A stretch of 57,997 nt of DNA, filler included, from Nitrospirota bacterium (GCA_016180645.1; 3 parts of 3 records of this genome joined end to end with filler, not necessarily neighbours in it), one strand, 5' to 3'. Positions 40,938 to 50,643 are shown, counted from the first letter of the whole stretch. Numbers and translations: made by a program. Notes: generated by a model from the sequence alone, not told the origin.

Positions 40938-42062
40938 TCATAAATATTCGACGCCCAGCCAGTATGCCCCCGCCGAAAAGGCCGCGGAAAGCGGCAGCGT
41001 GATGACCCATGCAAGCACGATTTTCCGCACCACGCCCCACCGCGCCCCGCCTCCGACCGCGCCGATGCCCAGGAGCGACCCCACGGACACGTGCGTCGTG
41101 GAAACCGGCAACCCGAAGAGGGAGGCCGAGACGACAAGAGCGGCGGTGACCAGGTTTCCCGAGAGAGCCTGACCGTGATTCATCTCCGTGATCCGCCGGC
41201 TCATGGTATCCGCCACGCGTTTCGCGGCGAGCAGGCCGCCCGCCGCAATGGCCATCGCCACGAACAGATTCGATCCCGGCGAGGCAACGGCACCCGTCGC
41301 AAGCAGCAAGGCCACCATCTTCGGAGTATCGTTCAACCCTCGCGCAAAGCTCACGACGCCCGCGGATGCAAAGTGCGCGCCGCCGAGTACAGCCTGAATC
41401 GACACCCCCAGCATTCGCCCCCGGTAGCGTTCGGCGCAGGCGCCGACTGAATCGGATCGTACGGTAATCATCCTTCGCGCGATCGCCGCCCCCTCACCCG
41501 CCGGACTCAGGCCGACGGCCACCACCTGCTCTTCCTCCCCTACGCAAATGCAAAACTCCTTTTCAATCCCCAGCCGTTTTCGAGCGGAGGTCGCCACACC
41601 ATAGGTCAGCACGGTCAGCACCCCGGCAATCAGCGGGGACACGAGCAGCGGCACGAAAAAGTCGAATCCGAGCGCGGACCAATGAAGGCCCGAACCCGCG
41701 GCTGCGAGACCGGCGCCCGCGAGGGCGCCCACCAAGGCGTGCGTGGTTGAAATCGGGAACCCCCTCCACGTGGCGAGCAGGACCGTCAGCGCAGCGCCGA
41801 GAGCCACGGCCAAGACAAACGAAGGTTCACCCGCGATCGCATCGGGCACAAGCCCCTTGCCGCTGAATCTCCTACCCAACTCGCCCGCCAGGAAAATCGC
41901 CCCGAGCGATCCCGCCAGCGTGGCCGCCGTCGCCCACGTCAACGCGCGCCGGTAATTCGCCGTCCCGCTCCCGACCAGCGTGGCCACGCCCTTGAAGTTG
42001 TCATTCGCTCCATTCGCGAACGCAACCAACATCGCCACGACGATCAGTCCAATCTCCAACAT
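40938..42062 (-). CDS. PiT-family inorganic phosphate/anion transporter
   Basis: ANGANDNFKG, PISTTHA, RGLNDTPK and PVSTTHV signature repeats. Confidence 0.9.
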   Translation of the reverse strand: MLEIGLIVVAMLVAFANGANDNFKGVATLVGSGTANYRRALTWATAATLAGSLGAIFLAGELGRRFSGKGLVPDAIAGEPSFVLAVALGAALTVLLATWRGFPISTTHALVGALAGAGLAAAGSGLHWSALGFDFFVPLLVSPLIAGVLTVLTYGVATSARKRLGIEKEFCICVGEEEQVVAVGLSPAGEGAAIARRMITVRSDSVGACAERYRGRMLGVSIQAVLGGAHFASAGVVSFARGLNDTPKMVALLLATGAVASPGSNLFVAMAIAAGGLLAAKRVADTMSRRITEMNHGQALSGNLVTAALVVSASLFGLPVSTTHVSVGSLLGIGAVGGGARWGVVRKIVLAWVITLPLSAAFSAGAYWLGVEYL

Positions 42063-42218
42063 GATATCCGTCCGTGGTCCCGCCACCCCCATTCGTTACG
42101 CCCATGGACGGGCCGCACCCGAAGCTGCTCAGAGGCGCCCGGAAGGCATCTCAATGCTCTGCGCGGGGTGCGCCGTGGTCCTCCTGTCAATCAGAGACCG
42201 CAGAACCTCCGTCGATCC

Positions 42219-43607
42219 TCAAAAAGCAAATTCCCAGCCGATCCTGGCGGCATGCGCCTCCACCGCATCAGATCCCGACGACCTCATGTAGTGATATTCG
42301 GCAACCCATCGCTGAAACTCCCACGGCGAGGCAAACCCCACGGTCACGGCGCGCGTCCCGCCCCCTCGGGCGTCCGAAGGATCGAAGAAGTCATAGCGAA
42401 CCAAGGGCGTGAAATTGTCCCACAGGGCGATATCGACTTCACCGAAGAATCCCTTGCTGTTGATCGGTACCCTTTCGCCACCCGATTCGACCATGTCCCG
42501 CCCCCCCCCTATTCCGGCGAGCAGATGCAGTGCGTCGATGGGAGGATAGTTCGCAACGATGGCGCCGCGCCAGAAACCGTTTCGAAAGGTTTCGGAGTCT
42601 GGGTCAGATGCGTCCTTGGGTTCGTCCACGCTCCCCAAGTATCCAACGATTTCCACGGCCCCGCCGGTGTCTCCGACAAACTGAACGAGGTTGAACGCCG
42701 CGTCCACGCGGTTGTTATCTCTGGAGAAACCTGCCGTTCCGCTCCCATCTGAGGCAAGCCCGTTGAAGACCGTGATGGAGGCCAAGGTATCCTCACGGCC
42801 GCCGCCGAGCATCACCCCGATCTGGCTCGGATACGCGAAGGAAAAAGTCTTTCCCGCGGCGGGTGTGGCGGTTACAAGGGGTTCCGTAAAAGTGACGGAG
42901 TTGTCCAGGCCCGCCCATCCCTCCACGGGATGCATGATCCCGGCTTTGACCTGGAAGAACCGATCTTCCTGCCCGAACGTGGCGCGCACATTGCCCATGT
43001 GGACGTCCGCCTTTCCGCTGTCCGCGGCGAGCCGCACGTCGAAAAAGGTTGAGTAGTACCGCCCGAACGGCGCGCTGGAGAAAATGTCGACTTCAGGCGC
43101 GGAAAAACCGATCCTGGTCTTGGAAGAGTCCGTTCCCAACACCCCGGCCGTTTCCGCATCTCGTCTGGGAGACTTCTCTCGGCGGATTGGAGCGACCCCG
43201 AGCGGGATGGAGCCGATGTTGACCTCCGCCGCGGGGACGGCGTCTTCTTTGTTGCAGAAGATCGTGATCCCCGTGCTCCCTCCGTGGGTGTGACCGGGGA
43301 CATCCACACTCTCCACGAACACCTCCTTGTCCACGCACCGGGAGGAGCGAGTCACATTGAATGACAGGCCGCCCTTCATGGCGAAAGCATCGAGGAGCCG
43401 TTTGAGACCGGGGCCTTCTTCGCCGTTGATTTCTTGAGGAGTGCGATAGCCCATCGCGCGGAACATGAACCCGAATTTGTTCAGCCGGGGCCAGGAATCG
43501 TGGCAACGATGACACGGCATCTTTTCGCGGCGGGCGAAAGCGGGGATGGCATGGGCCTCCCGCGGGACGGCGTGCCAGGCGGTCATCGCCAACGCCAGGC
43601 CCGCCAT
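42219..43607 (-). CDS. Outer-membrane beta-barrel protein with N-terminal c-type heme motif
   Basis: Signal peptide ...AHA-IPAFARREKMPCHRCH..WPRLNKFG; amphipathic strands; C-terminal WEFAF. Start may be 43661. Confidence 0.78.
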   Translation of the reverse strand: MAGLALAMTAWHAVPREAHAIPAFARREKMPCHRCHDSWPRLNKFGFMFRAMGYRTPQEINGEEGPGLKRLLDAFAMKGGLSFNVTRSSRCVDKEVFVESVDVPGHTHGGSTGITIFCNKEDAVPAAEVNIGSIPLGVAPIRREKSPRRDAETAGVLGTDSSKTRIGFSAPEVDIFSSAPFGRYYSTFFDVRLAADSGKADVHMGNVRATFGQEDRFFQVKAGIMHPVEGWAGLDNSVTFTEPLVTATPAAGKTFSFAYPSQIGVMLGGGREDTLASITVFNGLASDGSGTAGFSRDNNRVDAAFNLVQFVGDTGGAVEIVGYLGSVDEPKDASDPDSETFRNGFWRGAIVANYPPIDALHLLAGIGGGRDMVESGGERVPINSKGFFGEVDIALWDNFTPLVRYDFFDPSDARGGGTRAVTVGFASPWEFQRWVAEYHYMRSSGSDAVEAHAARIGWEFAF

Positions 43608-43623
43608 GATCCGGGCGGTGCAG

Positions 43624-44040
43624 CTACCCAGCCTCAGTCGTAAGGGGTGGGCGCCAGTCATCTTGCAGCGCAGCCGCTTTCCGAATCCAACGCCGGAATT
43701 CCGGATACGCATCCAGTATGAGTTTCCAACCCGCTCGACTGATAAAGGTGACCCCCACCTTGCCTGCCGCCTGCGTGGAAACGGTGAGTTCGCTGTTGCT
43801 CATCAGCGCGTGAACTCCCAGGAGGCACGGCTCGCTGCAATCTCCTACCCCGGCGCCTCCTCTGAGGAACGAAAGATGTCCGGTTTCGTGCAGGTAGACT
43901 CCGAGTGGCCGATGACCTTCATAGGCGATCACCTGACCCGACCGGAAACATTGTCCGGTACCTCGGCCTTTGATTACGAAGGCAAGGGCGGGACTCGGAA
44001 GGCGGCTAATGGGGATGGTGGGCGCCGGGATCGAAAGGCC
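43624..44040 (-). CDS. Stand-alone cyclic-nucleotide-binding (Crp-like) domain; no clear start, possibly a remnant
   Basis: FRSGQVIAYEGHRPLGVYL...LLGVHALM...VTFISR parallels YKKNQVIAHEGVRPHGVFL...LVGYRSLL...VTFLDR of the Crp/Fnr at 22067-22721. No HTH. Confidence 0.55.
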   Translation of the reverse strand, partial: GLSIPAPTIPISRLPSPALAFVIKGRGTGQCFRSGQVIAYEGHRPLGVYLHETGHLSFLRGGAGVGDCSEPCLLGVHALMSNSELTVSTQAAGKVGVTFISRAGWKLILDAYPEFRRWIRKAAALQDDWRPPLTTEAG

Positions 44041-44115
44041 CGATGGCCCTCGAATCTCCGGCGCCTTACCACAGTCCCCTGCCCTATGAGATGCGGCCGC
44101 ATGCCCGGCCGGATT

Positions 44116-44243
44116 AGAGCCTATCCCAAAACCTGACGAGGGAGAGGCGGGTTCCGCGGAGCCTGAAGGCTCCGCTACAGGTGAAACACAGCTTCTCCGT
44201 AGCGGGCCCTTTAGGGTCCGCGATACGTTTTGGGACAGGCTCT
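44116..44243. mobile_element. MITE-like element with 17-bp terminal inverted repeats enclosing GTAG-type palindromes
   Basis: AGAGCCTATCCCAAAAC ... GTTTTGGGACAGGCTCT (16/17 complementary); sits on the stop codon of 44243..45358. Confidence 0.65.
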
Positions 44244-45358
44244 CAGAAGAACACATGGACCATGCCGATGACCTCGCTGATGCCGCCAATCGGATTGTCG
44301 GATCGGGCCACGGAACGGCGGTACAGCATTTTGAACTCGAGATACGGAATCGGGAACATTTCGAATCCGCCGCCGACGCGGTGAACGAGATCGCCCTCCA
44401 GGTCGAAATCCGGGTTGGTGTATTCATAGAGTCCTTGGATTTCAAGACCCCGCCTGACGATGACGTTGGCCTCCTCATAGAGGACCCATCCCCGAACGGT
44501 TTTCTTCGCGCCCAGATCGCGGTTCGAGAACCAGTCGGCCTCACCGAGGTACCCCAAGCGCCCGTAGGACGCGCCCCAGATGACGCCGTCCCGCACGGCG
44601 ATTCTGCGGGGCGACTCTTCGGCCGTTTCACGGCTGCCGGTGAGATTGTACAGACTGGACAGGCCGAGCATGATCGGGACTTGGCCGAGACGTGAGCCAT
44701 ATTCGACGCGGGCGGTTGCGGCCTTTTCGGTATTGTTGTCTTGGTTGACTTTGCCTCCCACGCCGTTGAACACGTCCAACTGGACGAGGAACGGGCCGGG
44801 CCGGATTCCGAATTCAATGCCCGTCTCTTTCTCGCGCGGCGCGAAGCCGATGTCCTCCCGCACGAACGTGCGGTGGTTGTCGAGCCGCCAACCGTAGGTG
44901 GGAATGAACCGGCCCACTTTGACGAAGCTCCCGGCCCAGGGGAGGGAGATGATTCCCATGGCCTCATAGGTTCCGTTAAGACCTTGGTCGTAGTAGAGGT
45001 TCAGCCGCTCGTGCAGTTTCGCCGAGGCGTATAAATCCGCCTGCATCTGGAAGAAGGAGCTCGTGCTGGTGACGCCCTCTTCCTGGGATGGGATGTAGAT
45101 GTATGCCGAGCGAGAGTCGGCTCCAAGGCGAAGCGGGCCGACCTCCGGCGGGGCCCAGACTTTTCCGATCCGAGTCAAGGGCAGGTCGAGCCGTTCGTAC
45201 ACCTGGCTTCCGTACGCGTTCCGCATCCCACCGCCCGAGGGATTGACGTGGCAGGCGCCACACGTCATGCCCTCCCGTACGGCAAACCGCGGCAGAGCCG
45301 ACGCCGACGCGGAGCCCAGCAGCCACAGGCTCAGGATGAGCGAAATCCGTCGAATCAT
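44243..45358 (-). CDS. Outer-membrane beta-barrel protein with N-terminal c-type heme motif
   Basis: Signal peptide ASA-LPRFAVREGMTCGACHVNPSGGGMRN, FFQMQADLY, GRFIPTYG, C-terminal HVFF. Confidence 0.8.
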   Translation of the reverse strand: MIRRISLILSLWLLGSASASALPRFAVREGMTCGACHVNPSGGGMRNAYGSQVYERLDLPLTRIGKVWAPPEVGPLRLGADSRSAYIYIPSQEEGVTSTSSFFQMQADLYASAKLHERLNLYYDQGLNGTYEAMGIISLPWAGSFVKVGRFIPTYGWRLDNHRTFVREDIGFAPREKETGIEFGIRPGPFLVQLDVFNGVGGKVNQDNNTEKAATARVEYGSRLGQVPIMLGLSSLYNLTGSRETAEESPRRIAVRDGVIWGASYGRLGYLGEADWFSNRDLGAKKTVRGWVLYEEANVIVRRGLEIQGLYEYTNPDFDLEGDLVHRVGGGFEMFPIPYLEFKMLYRRSVARSDNPIGGISEVIGMVHVFF

Positions 45359-45780
45359 CTGGGTCGTTCCAGACGGATTTCGGCGCGCGGCGCCGCGGAG
45401 AGCGGGCGGATTCGGATCCTATCCGCCGCGCCGGCATATCCAAACGGATCGACTCCCGCTTTCAGCATCCCGGCGTACGGCGTGTCCGAAGGGTCCAGAT
45501 CGACCGATGCGCCGACCACGTAGTCCCCCGGCGGCAGGCCTTCAAACCGGACCGTGGTTGGGAACGAGTAATCTTCGATGAGCTTGTATGCGAGCGGGGC
45601 ACCTGTTGGAGGGTGAGACTCGTAGACGGCTACGGCCAGGGGCTGCCCCGCCCGCGCAGTTTTTCCGTGGTAGTCGATGATGACGTCGAGGGAGCCTTCC
45701 CCGCCCCCCACCTGCCCGCCGCAACTTTCGAGCAGGCAGACAAGCGCCATCCCTATTCCAAGCCGAAGAATCTTTCCCAA
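45355..45780 (-). CDS. Putative lipoprotein
   Basis: Lipobox LESC; beta-rich FEGLPPGDYVVGA. Start at TTG 45780 or ATG 45750. Confidence 0.6.
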   Translation of the reverse strand: MGKILRLGIGMALVCLLESCGGQVGGGEGSLDVIIDYHGKTARAGQPLAVAVYESHPPTGAPLAYKLIEDYSFPTTVRFEGLPPGDYVVGASVDLDPSDTPYAGMLKAGVDPFGYAGAADRIRIRPLSAAPRAEIRLERPR

Positions 45781-46523
45781 AGTCCTTTCTCCTTTCCAAG
45801 CGAGCGAACGTAATGAACGACGTCCCATAGTTCCTCCGGACTGACCAAATCCTGGTGGGAGGGCATGGGAGTGCCGCAGATGCCTTGGACGATCACGCGG
45901 TAGAGATCCGTGTTCGTCCCGCCGCTCTTGAAAAGCGCCTTTGTAAAGTCTCGCGGGCGGACGGATCCACCCCAATCATCTTTCAGAGTACCGGCCGAGG
46001 GGCCGTCCCCGCGCCCCGAGGGGCCGTGACATTTTGCGCACTCCAGGTCTTCGAAGACTTTTCGGCCTCGTTCGATCCCCGGGGCGTCCACCGCCGTTTC
46101 GGGCGGGACGCCGGAGGCCCCGGCGGGCCTGGGGGATGACGTAATGAGTTGCAGGACGAAAGCCGCCACGGAGGAAATCTCTTCATCGCTCAGCATGCCC
46201 GCCCATCCGGGCATTTTCGTGCCGGGGAGGCCATCCCTGACGATGCGCTCGATGTCCTCCCGCTGCGGAAGCGAGCCGCACGGCGTGGTCTGGAATTTGA
46301 GAACCCCTTTCCGGAAGTCGCGCGGGCGCGGATTCATGTACGAAGAAACATCGCCCTGTCCGTCCCCTTCGGCGCCGTGGCAGGCGGCGCAGGCATTGCG
46401 GTAGGCATCCCGGCCTTGGATCAGGCGCAGAACCGCGTTGTCCGCTCCGGCTTCACCCCACGCGGGGCCGCCCAGGCAACAGATCCCCGTCAAAAGTACC
46501 ACGGCTGCGTAAAACGCTTTCAT
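45753..46523 (-). CDS. Diheme cytochrome c
   Basis: CAACH...PRDF...PGTKMP and CAKCH...PRDF...GTPMP (His/Met hemes); signal peptide. Confidence 0.9.
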   Translation of the reverse strand: MKAFYAAVVLLTGICCLGGPAWGEAGADNAVLRLIQGRDAYRNACAACHGAEGDGQGDVSSYMNPRPRDFRKGVLKFQTTPCGSLPQREDIERIVRDGLPGTKMPGWAGMLSDEEISSVAAFVLQLITSSPRPAGASGVPPETAVDAPGIERGRKVFEDLECAKCHGPSGRGDGPSAGTLKDDWGGSVRPRDFTKALFKSGGTNTDLYRVIVQGICGTPMPSHQDLVSPEELWDVVHYVRSLGKEKGLWERFFGLE

Positions 46524-46550
46524 CCTCGCCTCTATTTGGAGGGGTTCTTC

Positions 46551-46700
46551 GAGCCTCTAACAGAATGCCGATTCGTAGGGGAGCATTTTCAGATGCTCCC
46601 TCTTGTCGGGAGGGTCTGAAGACCCTCCCCTACGCATTCTGTTGCTCCTTCTTGTCGGGAGGGTCTGAAGACCCTCCCCTACGCATTCTGTTAGACGCAC
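46551..46700. mobile_element. MITE-like palindromic element with internal duplication
   Basis: Reverse-complement homolog of 54450-54550; ends GAGCCTCTAACAGAATG / CATTCTGTTAGACGCAC; abuts the TAA stop at 46701. Confidence 0.75.
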
Positions 46701-47270
46701 TTATTCCTCTACGATGAGGGTTCCCTTGAGCTTTGGGTGGATCGTGCACCACTGGTTCTGGCAGGAGAACCCGTAGCGCCCCGGGGTGTCGGCGCTGAAT
46801 TCCACGGTTCCGGACGGCTTTGCGGCCGACAGCTCCGTCTCGGGCAGACTCAGCCCTGAGAACGCGATGATATGCACGTTGTCTCCTGTCGTATCGCTAT
46901 TGACGAACTTGATACGCACGCGCGAGCCTCTTTTCACGGTCAAGGTGAAGCCTTTGGGCACGCCGCCAAAACCGTTTGACGTGATCTCTACCGTGATATC
47001 CGAAGAGGTCGGGCCCGCCGCGGCGGCGGACGGCGCCGGTTGACCCGCGGCAGGTTGTTCGCCTGTCGGGGCGGTGGGAGCGCTGGGCTGGGCCGCCTGA
47101 ACGTCCGGCCCGCTTCCGGCGATTTGATGGCCTTCGTGTTCGCTCGAATCCACGGCTTGGAAGTCGGCCACGTCGATGCGGGCCAGCGGGGCATCCTCCA
47201 ATCCGCACGCCGGGGCCGCGGTAAGAGCCGCGACCGCCAAGGCATACCCGTATCGGCAAGGTGTACACAT
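46701..47270 (-). CDS. Cupredoxin-domain lipoprotein
   Basis: APAC lipobox-like, VKRGSRVRIKFVNSD..NVH, FSADTPGRYGFSCQNQWCTIHPKLKGTLIVE. Confidence 0.82.
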   Translation of the reverse strand: MCTPCRYGYALAVAALTAAPACGLEDAPLARIDVADFQAVDSSEHEGHQIAGSGPDVQAAQPSAPTAPTGEQPAAGQPAPSAAAAGPTSSDITVEITSNGFGGVPKGFTLTVKRGSRVRIKFVNSDTTGDNVHIIAFSGLSLPETELSAAKPSGTVEFSADTPGRYGFSCQNQWCTIHPKLKGTLIVEE

Positions 47271-47287
47271 CACGGCGCTCCTCCCCG

Positions 47288-48799
47288 CTACTTCGACCGG
47301 AAGACGTTGACGCTGACTTTGTCCGTCTTCCACACGATCTCTTTGACACCGAGCAGGTCTTCCTTGGCCGTCCTCGCGCTGCCGTGGAGGCCGGACTGAT
47401 CGGAGAGAACCTCGCCGGCCAACGAGCCGTCGGAGTTGACGGCGTATTTCACAAAAGAGCCGTTGTGGGAGCTACCCGTGTGGTTGATGGTCTTTTTGAT
47501 CTCGTTTTTCGTCAGGTCGAAGACCACATCGCGGAAGTTGGAGTTGTAGCTGATCCAGAGTTCATTCCTGTCGGGATTCGGATGGAGGATTCCATGGTCG
47601 CCCCGCAGGCAGTGCGTCTCGAAGGTGTCCGACGGCGCCATGGCCACCGGATCGACGAGGCCCAGGGCTTTCCCGCGATTGTGCGACGCCTCGCCCTTCT
47701 CCACCACATAGAGTTGGGTGTCGTCCCAGTTGAGATGGATGCCGTACCCGCCGTGGACCGCGGAACGCGAGGTGCCGATCATCTTCATCGTGACGTTGTC
47801 GATCTTGAAGATCTCGTCGCTCCCGCCGTCACCGACGTAGGCGTACTTCCCGTCCGCGGTGAAGGCCGTCCAGATCGGATCAAAACCGACGGTGAAATAC
47901 TTCACGGGCTTCCAGGTTTTCATATCCACGATCGCGACGCTGCCTTCCAGCTTGTGCCGGATGTCCGGATCCGATATGGGGCCGGGAGGGAGGCCGACGT
48001 AGAGGTGACGACCGTCCGGATGGGGGAAAGCCAGGTAGGGATTGCCTTGAACATCCTCGCTCCTGAAGCCGCCGACCACGCGATTATTGTCGTTCGGATC
48101 GAGAACGTAGATGCCGGAACCCGGCTGGATGCTGCCGGGCACCTGCCAGTTGAAGTTTTCAACAAGCACGAGATCCTTGCGCGTCTCCCCGTCATAGTAG
48201 TTCACGGTTCTGACGTGATGGGGATAGCTGCTGGTTTGAAGAATCTGATGCATTTTGAGCGTTTGCGCATTGACGATGAGAAGTCGCCCCGCCTCCTTGA
48301 TGGGTTTCGCCATGTCGCCCGTCGGAATGTAGAAGAATTTTCCGTCGGGCGAAGCGGCTGAACCGTGATCCTCCCACAACTTCTTCGGATCGACTCCATC
48401 GAGTTGGAACTGTTTTTCCACGATAACCTCATAGGTGTCTGCATCGACTACGACGAGTCCCGGAGTTTGCGTGGGCGAGGGGAACCCGCCATAGCCGGCC
48501 CCGTTCGTGGTCATGTATATGAGAGGGTGCTTCGCCGCATCCCACGCCGCATCCCCGCTGGAGTCGTATTGCGCCATCAGCTTGATCTCCAGTTTCTGGG
48601 AGAACGTGGTGTCCCAGCCGGTCGGTGATGTGGCCGGCGTGGACGTTCCGCCGGGAACGACCACGGTGTCCGTGGACGTGGGGACCGGAGTTCCTTTCTG
48701 GTCCGCGCTGCCGGAAGCGGTTTTGTCCTCCGTGCCGCAGGCGAAAGTGACGGCCATGCTGACGACAAGCAGGGCAAACAGGCGCGATAATTTGTTCAT
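47288..48799 (-). CDS. His-rich YVTN/cytochrome cd1-type beta-propeller lipoprotein
   Basis: Lipobox FAC; blades HGSAASPDGK, PHH, PHPDGR, FTADGK, DHGILHP and SHNG; SD AAGGAGG. Confidence 0.8.
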   Translation of the reverse strand: MNKLSRLFALLVVSMAVTFACGTEDKTASGSADQKGTPVPTSTDTVVVPGGTSTPATSPTGWDTTFSQKLEIKLMAQYDSSGDAAWDAAKHPLIYMTTNGAGYGGFPSPTQTPGLVVVDADTYEVIVEKQFQLDGVDPKKLWEDHGSAASPDGKFFYIPTGDMAKPIKEAGRLLIVNAQTLKMHQILQTSSYPHHVRTVNYYDGETRKDLVLVENFNWQVPGSIQPGSGIYVLDPNDNNRVVGGFRSEDVQGNPYLAFPHPDGRHLYVGLPPGPISDPDIRHKLEGSVAIVDMKTWKPVKYFTVGFDPIWTAFTADGKYAYVGDGGSDEIFKIDNVTMKMIGTSRSAVHGGYGIHLNWDDTQLYVVEKGEASHNRGKALGLVDPVAMAPSDTFETHCLRGDHGILHPNPDRNELWISYNSNFRDVVFDLTKNEIKKTINHTGSSHNGSFVKYAVNSDGSLAGEVLSDQSGLHGSARTAKEDLLGVKEIVWKTDKVSVNVFRSK

Positions 48800-48860
48800 G
48801 GGTTTCCTCCTTCGAGGGTAGGGAATACAGAGTTACGATTTTTCATCCTCAGGCGTAAGC

Positions 48861-48875
48861 GCAACCGCCGTACCA
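48861..48875 (-). promoter_or_regulatory. Sigma54 (-24/-12) promoter of the propeller operon
   Basis: Minus strand TGGTACGGCGGTTGC against consensus TGGCACG-N4-TTGC; 62 nt upstream of the ATG. Confidence 0.8.
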
Positions 48876-48950
48876 AGACCGGTGGAATGGGAAATTCGAG
48901 CTATCTTGAGGAGTTGAATTGTCGAGCGGGGCGCTCGACATGAAAGAACC

Positions 48951-48999
48951 GTTACGAGTTCGTAACGTGTTTCAGGGGGCGAGGTTACGACTTCGTAAC
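48951..48999. promoter_or_regulatory. Tandem palindromic enhancer (UAS) sites for the sigma54 activator
   Basis: GTTACGAGTTCGTAAC (48951-48966) and GTTACGACTTCGTAAC (48984-48999), 33 bp apart. Confidence 0.72.
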
Positions 49000-50643
49000 G
49001 TCGCCGGCGGGATCAGGCTTGCCGGTGGGGAGCCACAGCGTGATGCTCGCGCCCCCGCCGAGTCGATCCCCGATTTCGATGTAACCTCCGTGGGCCTTGA
49101 CGATCCCAAGCGTGACGGACAGTCCAAGTCCGGTCCCTTCACCCTCCGGCTTCGTCGTGAAAAACGGCTCGAAGACTCTCTCGCGAATCTCTTTCGGAAC
49201 GCCCGGACCGTTGTCCGCTATCTGAATGCCGATCCTGTTCTCCTGATGCGCAAAGTTGACTTCGACCATGCCTCCGCTCGGAACCGCGTGAATGGCATTG
49301 AGGAGAACGTTCATGCAGGCCTGGCGAAGCTGTCCGCGGTCCGCCAATACAAGAAATCCATCCGGCCCGCCCGGGGTGGGAGCCCACAGTTTGCGCGACC
49401 GGATGGCCTTCGCTTTCATGGTCGGCGAAAGCAGGTCGAGGCAGTCGTCAACCAAGGCCGGAAGACCTACCTCGGTCGGATGAAGATTGTCCGGGCGGCT
49501 GAATCGAAGGAGTCCTCTTACCGTGTCGGCCATCCTTTCCAGGCACTCGCGCATGATTCTCATGTACCGCTCGCGCCGCTCCGGCTTGAGATCATCCTGC
49601 TCCAGTGCCTTCAGGGCATTCATCAAGCCGGAGAGGGGATTGTTGATTTCGTGGGCGACGCCCGAGGCCAGCAGACCGACGGCGGAGAGTCGTTCCGTCA
49701 TGGCCATTCCCCGCTGTTCGGCGTCTTTTCTCGCGCTGATGTCGCGGCAAAGCGCCAAGGTGCTGAGGAACTTCCCATGCGGGTCGCGGATGGCGATGGC
49801 GCTGACCTCCATCGGAATCCGTCGGCCGTCTTTCGTGATCACGGCCGTTTCATGCGAAGAGAAACCTTTCTCGCGAACCCGGGTGTGCGCTTCCACGTTC
49901 GACTTCATGGCGTCGGGCGCCACGATATCCGCCATACTCATCCCGAGAATTTCCTCCTTGGTGTACCCGGTGAGGTCAAGCATTTTCTGGTTGACCCGCG
50001 TGGGGCGCCGTTCGGCGTCGGTGCACCCCACGGCGTCGGGAAGCAACTCGATCAGTTGATCGATCATCCCTTCCGACGTGTACCATCGCTTGGCGGTCTC
50101 GGTGTGTTGCTGTTCAACTTCCCGGAGGAGAGCTCGGTCGTGGTCCGAGAGGTTGCCCATGAGGAAGCTGAGCGTGCCGATGATGCCGACCGGAAGAATG
50201 GCGTCGAACCAAGTGGGGCCGGCGCCGACCCGTGAGGCCTCCAGCAGAAAGAAGATCAAGGCGGCCGCCGCGCCGAGGGCGAACACACTGCCCTCCCGTC
50301 TTCCAAAGTAGTAGCTGTGGAAAGCGCAAAAGAGGTAGAGCGCCGGCACGAAATCGCTGCGGAATCCGTCGGTCAGATGGATCAGGACGGCGAGGAACGC
50401 CAGATCGATCCATCCGGCGACGAAGTAGAAGTGTCTCTTTTCCCCGAGGAGGGGCCAGGCCAGGAGGTAAAGCGCCACGCTGGCGGCGGCGAAAAGGCCG
50501 AAGAGGAACCCGATGATCCGGATCGCCTGAAAATGTTCGCGGGCGGACAGGACGAACACCAATCCCCCGCCGAAAGCCAGAATGCGGAGGACGAGAAAAG
50601 CTGCGTCCTGGCGGTCGCTATCCGTCCTGCCGGGGAGCTTCAT
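48985..50643 (-). CDS. Membrane PAS-domain sensor histidine kinase
   Basis: N-terminal TM helices, PAS, AHEINNPL and FEPFFTTK.EGEGTGLGL. Confidence 0.92.
   Translation of the reverse strand: MKLPGRTDSDRQDAAFLVLRILAFGGGLVFVLSAREHFQAIRIIGFLFGLFAAASVALYLLAWPLLGEKRHFYFVAGWIDLAFLAVLIHLTDGFRSDFVPALYLFCAFHSYYFGRREGSVFALGAAAALIFFLLEASRVGAGPTWFDAILPVGIIGTLSFLMGNLSDHDRALLREVEQQHTETAKRWYTSEGMIDQLIELLPDAVGCTDAERRPTRVNQKMLDLTGYTKEEILGMSMADIVAPDAMKSNVEAHTRVREKGFSSHETAVITKDGRRIPMEVSAIAIRDPHGKFLSTLALCRDISARKDAEQRGMAMTERLSAVGLLASGVAHEINNPLSGLMNALKALEQDDLKPERRERYMRIMRECLERMADTVRGLLRFSRPDNLHPTEVGLPALVDDCLDLLSPTMKAKAIRSRKLWAPTPGGPDGFLVLADRGQLRQACMNVLLNAIHAVPSGGMVEVNFAHQENRIGIQIADNGPGVPKEIRERVFEPFFTTKPEGEGTGLGLSVTLGIVKAHGGYIEIGDRLGGGASITLWLPTGKPDPAGDVTKS

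Noticed and set aside
46551-46700. CRISPR array
   Set aside because: Only two tandem palindromic units with no unique spacers and no cas genes; dispersed copies indicate a REP/MITE.
47288-48799. Calling this gene nosZ or nirS
   Set aside because: No fused CuA or cytochrome c domain, no Tat motif, and no nos/nir accessory genes; only the architecture is analogous.
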